This document shows positions 37,370 through 49,091 of a DNA stretch of 64,000 nucleotides, piece by piece (positions within the stretch are counted from its first letter, which is position 1; every line of letters begins with the position of its first letter). Source of the DNA: Selaginella moellendorffii (taxonomy: Eukaryota > Plantae > Lycopodiophyta); the NCBI RefSeq assembly GCF_000143415.4, contig NW_003314276.1:2355072-2419071 (forward strand). Reading direction: 5' to 3'. The notes beneath the pieces are model-generated. The model made no database searches and was not told the DNA's origin. It saw nothing but the letters and a program-made list of their open reading frames with translations. The position numbers and the translations under genes were made by a program.

Positions 37370-39498
37370 CATTCATAAATGGATGGCCTAGTCTGTGAAA
37401 GACGGGATTGTGAGGCAAGTGGTGTTGGACCATTAGTATGGCAAAGGTAAATAGATATAGCCTTAGCGTAACGGGCCAATATGTCGGTGATACCTTTGGG
37501 TGTTAGTCATGAGATCAAACAAGTGGAGCACTTGGACCAAGTGCAAAGGTTGAGTGGCATGGATGCCACTCTCGGGGCTAGCAAACCCCAAATTCTAAAT
37601 TGAACTTATGGAGGTTGTGAATGAGACTCAAGTGGTCGGAGGTGTGGTTAAGTGACTAAAGTAGAATGGAAAACTTAGTCACTTACATCCTTCTTGGACT
37701 CTTTCTTAAACTCCATCTTAGGTCCCATCTCAGGTCCCATCTTGGACTCGTTCTTGACACTTTTATATATCATAACACTCACCATATGTTAGTCTTTTTT
37801 GTGTCCTTTTTTAGAGACTTATTCACCAATTGCTTCATACTCATTCCTCAAGCACTTTGTTCAGAGTTCCATTCCCGCCCTCAACTTTCCAAGTTAGAGC
37901 TTTTGGTCCAAACATGTTACCCTTATTGGACTTTTACTTTAACCACTACCATGTGGCACCTTTTTAGCACCACTCTAGGGGCTCATGGATTTGTGTCTCA
38001 CACTCCCTCTCCATCCACGGCCGTACTTGCCAACACCACCATTGGGTCAAGGATTGAAGGCCTGACCACTAAATCAAATTGACTTCTGAGACTTCCTCAC
38101 CATATGATTGTATCCTTGGTCATACTACATAAGAGGATTGCTCATGTTCCTTTCTATAGTCTAGGACTTTGGGATGACATTTCAAAACACAGTGGCCTTA
38201 CATGGGCCTCATGAGTACTCTCCCCACCTTCTGCTTTTGGGTGCCCTAACCATATGGGTAAAGTGAGGTTCCAATGAGCCATGCTAGGTATCTAAGTAGG
38301 TAATGCCACCCACACTTAGATTGGGATAATCAATTGTTCGATCTTCTAGGGAGCTAGAGCCAACTCTTAAATACTTCACCAAGTTACAATTAATTGACCG
38401 TTCGTGTTCACTCTAGCCTAAAACTCCTCAATAGTTATATCATTACCCACCACATGGGTATAGCCTTCCTTGGTTATATTGTCCTTTCCTGGCCAAATTA
38501 GCCTTTTCTAGGCAAATTGGTTTTTCTTGGCCAAACTAGCTCCATTAGAGTTTTCCCCCTTACTATACTTTTGGAGCTCACCAAACCCCCTAGGGTTTAG
38601 GAGACGATCATTTTAGGATTTCACCCTCGGACTTAGACTTAGACTCGGTCCCGATCTTAGTCTCAGTCTCAATCCCCGTCTTGGACTTCTTCTTGGGTCC
38701 ATCTCAGACTCCTTCTTAAACACCTTCTCAAACTCCTTCTCAAGTCTATCTCGGGTTCATCTTGGGCCCATCTTAGACTCCATCTTAGACTCCATCTTGG
38801 GTCTTTATCTAGCGACTTGTTTATTGATCACTTTGTGCTCATTCCTTGAGCAATTCATTAAAAGTTCCACTTTTACTCTTGACTTTTTGAATTGGAGTTT
38901 TTGGTTTAAATATGTTACGCTTATTGAACTTTCACTTCAACCACTACTATGTGGCACCCTTTTGGCTCTACTTTGTTGCTTAAGGATTTGCCTCTCACAA
39001 CTCCACCACCCATAGATGAAGTTCAATATCCTTATCGAAAGATAAACTTTTTTGTAAAGTAACTTCACCATAAATTACCATTTTCATCTTTAGCACCAAA
39101 CCAATATTCATCAAAAAATACTCGTTAAAAAATCTTCCACTACTTGTGTGACTCCTCATTTCTTGGAAGAATCTTTGTGTTAAAACCTTCCACTATAACA
39201 GTACTAATAGAATGTTGTTGATGTTAAAGCCTCTACCTAGAAATGGAGGACACCAATCCGAAAAATATCAACAATGCCAATATATGAACCTCATCACATG
39301 CCCAATAGTGGATATCATGGCTATGACCACATCTTCATCTTTGTCCTTGAACAAAAGTAATAGTAGCATCAACCTCTATTAGAACAAAACCATCTCACAT
39401 AGAAAGTGGAGATAAAGGACTTTTAGCGAGAAGTGGAAGAGGCAATATTTTATAACATTGTGTCAATTGAAAAGCATTATCAAGGTGACTAAAGTAAG

Positions 39499-42400
39499 TG
39501 TCGCAAATGTGTCTTCAGGTATTGAAAGTTACCTGTTGGCTAGTCCTTACAAACACTCTTTCCTTACTGCCACGATGGCAGGAGGTCGGTATTGCTAGTT
39601 CCCATTATCAGCCCCTTTTGTCCAAGTGTTAGTAAACTGGGCTTAGCATCTGTACTTAACTAGATGGACATAAGGTAGGAACTCCTATGTATTTCTAGCT
39701 GAGCATTCTCGGCCTAGCTTTTAGTTCCCTTTTGCTCTGTCTTGTACTGGCTTAACAAGAACCCTCGCGTATTGAGATTAGTCCCTCAATATCGCTACAT
39801 GATAGTTTACCATGTCTGCCAAACACCCTCGCTATCATGCCCTTTATATTAGTCTCATTTCGGTCCCAAATGCTATTTATGGAAAGTGTCTAGATTTGCT
39901 CATTTGGCATATCTATGGAATGTAGAGATCAGCCTGAACACAATGGTGTTTGTCCTGTGTCCAAATTCGCAATCTAGCGCCATTCCATATTTAGTAAGTT
40001 TTGAGCTTGTCCCAAAGACTAACTCCTGATACTAAGGGAGGCTTGGGGTGAAAGCCCAAAGCGTGTGTTCCTGAAGAAGGGGGGGGCTATGGGGGGTTCC
40101 AAATGTATAGTAGGGATAGTGGGTAGGTCGGGTATGGCTAACCAACCTGAGGCATAGTCTAGATTCCGCTTGCGTGCTTGTCTTTGTTCTACGTCCAGCT
40201 TGGGTCTAAGCCTAAGTTCCATTCCATGCTAGCTAGTGGAGTACCCATATCCTTGCGTTAGGCCACTAGTATGCCGAAATAGCGCTAGACTCTGTTTGGC
40301 TCTGTTTTGCATGCTAGTCCTGGCATTGGGATGCTAGTTGCTCTAGGACTGTTCCAAGTCGCTCCAGACTCCTGTCCCTTCGCTCCTTGGGCTGTTTGCT
40401 CAAGAGTTGCTCCATAGACCGGTTCTATCACTCCTTGGCTCCATGCTTGGGAGTTTGGCACTGTTCCTTCGTTCAGTGGCTCAAGGCCCTGAAACTCAGG
40501 TTCCACACCACGTTCCTTTGGACACGTGGCATGTGACATGTGGCATCTGTCACATGGCACAAAGAGGGTTTAGTTTCCGCTTCGTGGTGTTATCCTATGG
40601 TAAATCACCATAGGATAAAGGGTCAAAACCATGTGCGCTACATTTGGTATTAGAGGATAAGTCTCGGCGAGTACTATCCAATGAGATTGGGCAACTAGTC
40701 TCATTGCATACGCAGAGATGAAAACGGGTACACGTTTGGGTGCAAAGACTTCGCAATCATTCCTTGGGTATGGATTTGGTTACTGTTTGTACCGTATTAT
40801 ATGAGCTTGCTCTTGGGCTCATAGGATGGTTTGGAGATGTTCCGTTTGCACGAGTTTGAGCTTGGGCTCGTAAGTGAGGCACATTAGCAACTCAAGGTTA
40901 CACTTTGAGTTGGCAAGATTAATGTTAGCCTATCGGTGGTTCCATGAGTTGTTCCATATACCAAGGGTGAAAATAAACCTTCCCTGGGTTTTCTTTAAGT
41001 GGCAAATAGGCTGGTCCATAGCTGTTTAGCACAACATTAGTGGATCCTTCCTAGGCATGATTATGAGTGGATCAATCAAGACTGTGGGGATTAGTCTATT
41101 GGTTCAAGTAATCATTGGCATACTCTTTCATAGACTTTTCTTGGATTGAACTGAAAGCAGTGCGAAAGCAAGATTGAGGTTTAGTCAAGATGAGGCCGGA
41201 AAGAAAGTTGTCAGGGACGAAGGATCAAACACGTAAATCATTTTCTCTTCTTGGAGAGATGATTTGCAACGAGGTGTTAACTCATTGCTCATATTCACAT
41301 CATGCAAACAAGAGTCCCTATCTTGATGCATGTTGGAGATGATGGTCTTACAATAGTGAGTTGTGGGATGGATAGCGGTGAAGTGCTATACCATTTTGTC
41401 TAGGTTTGCTATTGGAAGACTTGGGTTACAATGCTTAATTCTTTTCTAGGGAACCTTGCTATTGCTCCTTGAGTAGCTTGGTGTTGGATTAGTTTTGAGT
41501 TTGGTCGGAAAGAGAGTGGCATGAGCTTGTCCATGTTGTGAACAAAAGTTAGTGATGTTCAGTGTTGTAAATCTCTATCAATGAAGTGTGGCATTTATGT
41601 TGCCTTTTGTTGAATTGAGTTGACACTTGATACTTACATAAACCTTGGTAGTAATGACATGGGCATTGCTCGTAATGTTGCTCGATTGATGATCAAGTCA
41701 TTGTGATACTCATATCATATCCATATGATAATAAGCAATGTGTTTACGAAGTTGCTTGGTTAAACGATGATCACCCCAAAGTGGTTGATGGTGAAGCTAG
41801 TCTACTTGCACAAAGTAGCATTGTAGTAGCCTTGACTGGATTCTTGATGGTGGTCAATTATGCTAAACTTAAGTAGGTATCTTGTTTCCTAGAGTTCCCC
41901 CATTAAGGTGTTGGAAAAAGGTTATAACATTCATTTGCTATAACTTGTCGGTTGATCTGTTAACACTTGGAGTAAATTGTTGGATGGAGAAGGTGTGTAA
42001 TTGAGGCATTAACATCACTAGCACTAGTGTTGGTGGAAGTGGCATTGTTATTTCGAGTGATGAGAAATTTTCCTTAAAGCTTGATTTTCCATATTATTTT
42101 TCTTCTTAGTGTTTTGGCTTCACATTGGATCTTGAAGGTGGTTGAAGAAGAGTGTTAGTGCAAAGGTGGATATCCGAAGATATGGTCTTCGTGATCAAGC
42201 CTTAGATGTTCATTTTGCATTTTTGCGGATGTCGGTGTTGGATATCGGAAAAATGGGCAAAGATGTTCGATGCTTAAACATATTATGGGTCATGAGAATT
42301 TGTATTGAGGTGAACCTATGTGAAGTTGTTTGTAGGAGGAAGTTAGTTGAGTCTTGAAAGTTTGCATTCCTAGACTAAGAGTCATTCTTTCTCTAAGATG

Positions 42401-44360
42401 GAAAATTTTCCACAAATTTTCTTAGACTTTTCCAATGGCTGATCTATTGATCACTTTGCCCGAAAACTATTCCGTTTTCGAAAGCCAGTACAAACTAGTG
42501 AAGGGGTTGAAGTTAACTTCGGTCGGCTTAAACCTTAGTAGATAGTTTGTATGATGCGGCCTGAAAGGGATGCTAACTTTTGGGGCTAAGGCAATTGAGT
42601 TGGATAGAGTCTAGAGTGGCATTCGTGCATTTGCTAGTTAGCAACTGTGTTGACGTTCAAACGAACTGAGTGGCAAGTTGAGTTAGTTGTGTTCTAGACG
42701 AGATTATTTAGTAGAGGGTTGAGCTTTAGCTTTTCCTTGAAAAGTGATTTAGTCGTGGACTATGCTAACTCTACGAGAGGAAGAGTTAGTGATCGATATT
42801 AGAATGTTAAGTCCTTGCTGGATTTGAGTTCGGGATATAGCGATCATTAATAATTCTTTTTAGGCTTGTTATGAAGTGAGTTATGTTTTGCTATAGATGG
42901 ATTCATGGAGGATCGTTTAGTGATCACTTGTAGAGCATAGCTTCGTTTTGCTTAGCTTTTGGATTGATGTAGATATGTTCTTCATTAGTTTTGGCATTAT
43001 GAAGTTTGGTTTATGGATGTGTTGAGGAAGATATTGTAGGTTGTATCACGATTTCTTCTTTAGTATTAAAGTTAGCTTCTATGAGACTTGTGATCCTTAT
43101 TAAACAAGACTTGGCTATAGGCTTCTTCGAGCTTTGGTTCCTTGAGTTTTATGTTCATTGTTCCATTTGTTAGAAGTTGTTGGGGAAGTGTAAGCTCCTG
43201 AGTTTAGACTTCCCGGGAGGTCACCCAGCCCAGTACTATTCAAACCCAAGGACGCTTAACCCCAAATATCCCAAGACCCTTAACCAATTGGAAAAGGGGG
43301 TGCACTCTTGTTCATGGGCCCTTTCCCTCTATATTTAAACCCCATGGATCGTCTCTCGAGTTGTTCCCTTTAGTTGCTTACAGGAAGGCATTTTGGCTCC
43401 TAGCTTCGATGTTGAAGTTAGTATTAGCATTTAGCAATCATTGGTGATGATTGACTATCATCTAGGATAGTTGATTATCCTTGTTAAAAAAGTTTTGCTT
43501 GATTATTGTTGGTATAGAATGATTTGTCGTTCTTCGGGATGGTAGATTCCTTCTTAGACGATGATTATGCATCTCTCTATTAATAGGATGATTGATGATC
43601 TTTCATGATAGTTAGTTGTTCTTTTTGATAGCTTATGGCTTTTCGCAATACCACATGTTGTTTATGGTTTGCTCTGGATTTGTCTCTTGGGTTTGAGACA
43701 TCAGTAAGATGTTGCCGACACTTGCTAAAGTAACTTGGGTTCCTTTGTATTATTGACCGGGATCTATTCAGATTGGCTGGTGCGATGGTTGGCATGACTA
43801 AGTGTTTGTTAGTTCTACCACATTCATTATGTTCTGTTGATTGTTGCTCGAGTTAGTTCTAATCGATTAGAATGCTATTTTCTTTGGGTGATACATTTGC
43901 GAGTCTCTTGCTTGCCAATCAATGATACTTTGTGTTCTTGAGTTCTCTTTGGTAAATTGTTTAGCATACTATCTACCATTTTCGGTAGTTAAGTTTCATC
44001 ATTGAGTTTCCTTGATGATATACTTGCTATTGAATTTTGTTGGATGGTCAATCCTATGTTTCCAAACTATACTGATCTTGGTGGTTCCTATACTGTAATA
44101 CTAGTTTATCGGATGATAACTTACTTGGAATACTTTTGTGTTCTAATCTAAGCTTTATTCATTGATAATTAAGTCTGTAAGATATTATTGTCTATGACTT
44201 TGATATTGTCCATCTATTGATCTTTGAGTTTGGGCTAGTATAGGCAAACTGGCTTTGGCACTTCGTATGCATGCTGAAATCTCTAGTCATGGGGTAGCTA
44301 TTGTCGACTGGTCATATAACCCACCTCTCTATCGATGTTCCTTTTTCGTTGAAAGGGCGT
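39499..44360 (+). mobile_element. LTR family F1 copy 2: 5' LTR 39499-40642, PBS 40645-40656, degenerate interior
   Basis: TGTCGCAAAT...GCGCTACA followed by TGGTATTAGAGG. Inverted homolog of 600-3636. Faint RT-like traces (IDDL, LDLSLG) at ~43590-43700. The right boundary is uncertain. Confidence 0.8.
43189..43382 (-). mobile_element. Cassandra-type solo LTR (194 bp) with 5S rRNA internal control region
   Basis: 7-bp terminal inverted repeats TGTAAGC/GCTTACA and perfect TSD GGAAG (43184-43188, 43383-43387). Minus strand 43260-43207 reads GTTAAGCGTCCTTGGGTTTGAATAGTACTGGGCTGGGTGACCTCCCGGGAAGTC. Confidence 0.93.
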
Positions 44361-45799
44361 AACCGTGTAAACAACTCTAACTGCCACAACATTCCCAACT
44401 TTATTCATTCTAATATATTTGGCTCTGCACAAAGTAAGAGGCTCTAGAAGCAAATGCCAAATTGCATCACTGACTTAAATGGCCTTTGACTAAAATGATT
44501 CAATTGTTAAAAGGTATCATCACAATCATTAACATGTTTAAATATGCATTTGAAGACATCTAGGAGAATGCTCCAATCTACACAAGTAATTTTGCTCAAA
44601 CCATTGTACCACTACAATGCCATTCCTTAGATACATGTGGGAAACTCATGTAAACATCGAGCATCATCCCAAGAATGATAGATAGTAATCACTGTAAAGT
44701 GATCAAGCTAATGGTACACATCATCCTCAAGATTCCCACAGAAGAACTTTGGCTGGATGCAAGAATTGGTAATAATAGCAAAAAAAGTTATACCACACAC
44801 TGTGAATGCCACTATTAACTTAATTTAATTATTCAACTATAACCACATAGCATCAAGCAATTGTAATAACTGCTATTCCAAAATCAAAAAAGAAAGAGGC
44901 TATTTCTTTACTATGAAGATGAATAAAAAGGAAAAAAGAAAATGAAGAAAACTAAGGAAAGTGATATTTAAACAATGTAAAAGCTAGATCTAAACTAAAA
45001 TCCTAAATCTAAACACTCCTTAGAGATAATCAAAGCTGTCCCTCACCTCTACCTGCATTGAATATAAAAATAGAATATAGAAATGTATACATCAATTAGC
45101 CCAAAAATAGTAGCTTATATATATGAGCAAGTGGTTAGGTTTGAAACCAATCTGAGAGTTATCAAAATCCCACTACACTATTATTAGTATATGGCATCAT
45201 AGTCATACACTTGGACCTCACAACTTAAATTTGAATGAATTAAATTTTATTGAATTTAGAATGAAGTTTTTGAATTTGAGTTTCAAAAACCCTAGTATGG
45301 ACTTTTAGGACTTAATGATGATTTGGAATCACTTTCAAATGCCTTTTATTGACACAATCTTGGATGTTATCATAGGAATTCATAGATGGGTTTTAGTGGA
45401 TTCAAAACCATCCTCTAAATTAGTTGACACCCTAGAAACTTTATATTATATATAAAGTTCTTCTTTTTGGACTTGTGAATGCTCTCTTCACTTTCTAGGG
45501 TCTCATCAGCTTTGCTTCCACAACTTAATGTTGCATTCAATACTGACTTACATCAATAAATTTGATTGCCACTAACACTTGCTTCATCTTTGGTAAATCT
45601 TGGAGTGTTGTCACCTCTACTCAATCCAACTCATTCCAGCAATATTGGGGCCACCAAAGTGGGATGGAGACTTCCATCTTTATAGTCTCTCTCTTGGATA
45701 GAGCATGTGGGATAGCATTGTATCAGTAGGATTATGATAGCAAACTTTATGCCATTTACTTCCCTAGACACTAGAACTCCCTTGGATTGAGATGGATTA

Positions 45800-46900
45800 G
45801 CATGTGGGCTTTGTAGTGTATTCTTTCCAATGGCTTTTCCACTACTTGCTTACTCATTATATGGCACTTCATGTGCATTTACATACACCCAATGATTTAC
45901 TTGCTGCACAATCCAAGGTAAACATAGTTGCTGGATTTCTCTTGTAAGAGTATGACTTTTCCATGGTGGTTGAGAAAGGAAAAGTCTTTTATCCAAGAAA
46001 TCTTGTGTTTGTGTTACCTGGAATGAAGTAAACTGATGACTAGCAGCTTGAATAGCCTTTTCAAGATGAGGTGCTCAACTACGTTAGCCATGAATAGCCA
46101 TGGTATTCTGACATCATTGCAACACTCAAAGCTCAATTGTTTGAGAACAATTTGGCATCAAACCAGCATCATCTTCAAAAGGCAGCTGGTTATATTCTTC
46201 TTGGTAGACATCTTTACAAGAGACATAGTGACAGTTTACTGCTACAATGCATTATAATAGAGGAGTTCCCCGCAATTATCACAAATTGCCACTCATGTAG
46301 TGGCTATCTTTCATCACTTCTCTTTGCAAAGCACATCCTTCGAGTAGGGTATTTCTGATTTACTCTTTTTTGCAATATCAAGTCCTTTTTCTAGTATTTT
46401 CTGCCATGCCAGAAGTTCCAAAAAAATCGGTGTGATTGCTGCTATCCATTGGTTCCCATCAATCCAAAAGGTCCATTCACTCAATGAGGATTGGATTTTG
46501 TGGGACCATTTCCACAAGTGCAAAACCACCATCTTCATATCATCGCAGCCACAGATTATTGCACGAAGTGGTCTCAGTGATCTCTGCCAATCAAAAAGCC
46601 ATAATGAAATTCATCTATGACTTATGTTGTAACTTTGGAGTGCCTTGCATCATTGTCTCTACAGTTCATGGGGAATATTTTTGAGAAGCTTAGCATCAAA
46701 CACATACATATTATCCATAATGCAATGGCCAAGTAAAGTCTACCAACAAGGTTCTCAAAGCCATGCTCTAGAGTATGGTTGGTGAGAATCCTCACTTGTA
46801 GCCATTTCATCTCCGAGCACTATAGCATTTTAGAACCACATACTGATCAACATTGAGCACCTACCAATCTCTCTCTTGACTACTATGGTTGATCCAAGGA
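45800..46900 (+). mobile_element. Degenerate Gypsy integrase (possibly with RNase H) remnant
   Basis: AKHILRVGYF, PFTQ*GLDFVGPFP, YIIAATDY and FGVPCIIVS integrase-core motifs. Confidence 0.7.
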
Positions 46901-49091
46901 CAGCTCCTCTTGCAAAGGCAGCATTGGCATTTGCCAAGATGCTGCTGTGATGAACTAGCTCTATTAGAGGCATATGGCACTTTGTGTTGCAAAGCAATGT
47001 GAGACAAAGTTTGGCTCTTCCTTAAAGAACATCATTGTGGCAAGTTGGAGGCACTATGGATTGGACCATTCTGCCATGGGTGAAAACTCCTATTAGACCA
47101 TGGTGGGTGAGCTATTTCCAAACCTCAAGGAATGGCTTGCACTTGAGGCATGACTACTTTTGATGCCTCTTTTTGGTGCTTTTTGCTCTACTAATATTGT
47201 TGTGTTAAGCTTAGGCAAAAATTTTAATGGAACCCTAGCACTGTGTTGTCACCCTTGTGTCCACTGATAACTAGACCAGGTACTAGAATTGGCATGTTTC
47301 CTATTCTTGCTTATTCATCTTGTACATGGCTCTTTGAGAAATATTTCATCCATGAGTAGCTTCAAGTGCTTTTGGAATTTCTTGCTCACACCCAGTCCTT
47401 ATAATGGATAAATGATACTTGCAAAGTGATATCAAATGATTAGAATTTTCTAGCATACATTTAGAAATTTCACATCATCTAGAACTGCTCTGCAGTATAG
47501 AAAACAAAGTGATTGCTGCCATACCACAAAAAAACACAATGATACAAAATTGCAAAGTGATTTTCTAGAATGAAGCTGCCAAAGAATAAGTTTACTCTCA
47601 GGTCATGGCTTGTTTATGACTTTGTATTTGTTTTGGAGTTTCGGATGGTGCATGTTTGATCCACTCTTTGTGGTCATCTTGTTATCTTTAGACATATTCT
47701 GGTTTGTGGCATTAGGATGGCCCAGTGGAGAGTGCCCTTGATCCATGTTTGATACATAGACCAGTGCAAAATAGGTAAGGACAGGATGGCTCAGCATCTT
47801 AGTATAAGGCCTTCAGATCCTCAAGGATCTTGTCTTGCATCTTTTACTGAGCTAACTCGGTCAAAGCTTCACTAAGAGAGTCTAAGCTGGCATAATGACA
47901 TTGGGAGTAGCCGTCATGCTAACATGTCTTACTCAACCTTCTCGGTTGGCAAATAACATACTTCTGCTTTGCACCTTACACTGGAACGCAAGCTTCAAAC
48001 CTTGGATGAAAGGCTTTTAGCATAGCTTATGACCAATAATTATATCCAGGAATATGCCTAGCATCAATGGTCAAAACTGAGGATCAAGATTACACAATGT
48101 AATGGGGCTTTAGCTTTTCACATCGTTTGTTCCACAATGGAAGGGCACAGGCGGGAGTAATACTGTGTATTCTTGACTCCAGACTGCTGATGACTGGTAT
48201 GGCTGGTATGGTATTGGTTTTGTTTGTGGGCTTGTAATTGCCATCTTTGCAGTGGAGTCACAAGACAAGAACCATGTATATCATGATCTATTTTCAAGGC
48301 TGGTTCATTACTCCAAATTCTAAATGCTTATTATGATGGTCTAGTCGACAAATCATGCCCAAAACTATCCAACGTTGCCTAACTCCAAACATGGTCTTGT
48401 TGTGAAACTTTGAATGGTATAAACTCAGAATAATCTTACTAGTTGAAGAGTGATATTGAACCTTGAACGTAAAGAACTTGTGTTCTTATTGAGGTCTCTC
48501 CTTTAACTTCCTTTTGGAAGGTACCAGTTAAACTGTGAAAATCAGATGTTTGTATGTACACATCAAATGTCGCAGTTAACTCCGTTCAGCCAAGCACAAT
48601 ATTTCCCAGAGGCAGGTGGTCGATTCTGATTGAGGTCTTTCATGCATGCTGCGGATTTGTTGGGCATGGTCACATGCTCAAGGCCCAGATTTCTTGATGG
48701 CATATGACCATTTGTTGGGGCGGGCGGGCGAGGGAAGAGCAGCGATAAATCTTCTCTCGCTTGCACAACACGTATGCGGACTACTCTCTATTTTCGTATA
48801 TATATGAATGCGAATCCAGCGGCCCTGAAAACCAGGGTGCGTACGTTTTAATGGGGCTGCGTGGCCTCATGTCAAAGGCGGTCGTCGTGGGCGGCCCCGA
48901 TACGGTAGCCGGGTAGCGTAAACGAGAGCTGGCGGGCTCGAAGAAACAAATAACCTCTCTATCAGAGCCAGGAAGAAAATATCCCGCGGTTCGTGGTCTC
49001 TGAGTATAAGAAAGGGAAGAAAATCTCTTATACTGTACAGCGCTCCCTTGGTTTCTCTGGTTCCTTCTCTTTCGATTTGTTTTGCTCGGTC

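Larger units (their letters stand above)
28493..37687 (+). mobile_element. Family F2 level 3: structurally complete but degenerate LTR retrotransposon
   Basis: 5' LTR 28493-30268; PBS TGGTATCGGAGC 30272-30283; decayed interior; PPT AGGTGGTGGAG; 3' LTR 34368-37687 (interrupted). Perfect TSD TCCTT at 28488-28492 and 37688-37692. Confidence 0.88.
27363..38002 (-). mobile_element. Family F2 level 2 solo LTR (27363-28492 plus 37688-38002)
   Basis: TGTAAGTGACTA...GTGTCTCACA flanked by CTCCT / CTCCC (4 of 5 TSD match). Confidence 0.7.
26959..38999 (-). mobile_element. Family F2 level 1: outermost 3' LTR, split into 26959-27362 and 38003-38999
   Basis: Termini TATAAGCAACTA (26959) and CTCTCACA (38999). 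The PPT follows at 39000-39016. The LTR sequence is continuous across the insertion. Confidence 0.7.

Noticed and set aside
36347-37378. Long ORFs of 158-343 aa with SD, GL or RWSP repeats (also at 28025-28962 and 34462-34989)
   Set aside because: They are translations of the LTR minisatellite and are open in several frames on both strands.
43207-43260. 5S rRNA gene
   Set aside because: Only the internal ~54 nt are present, embedded in a TSD-flanked LTR.
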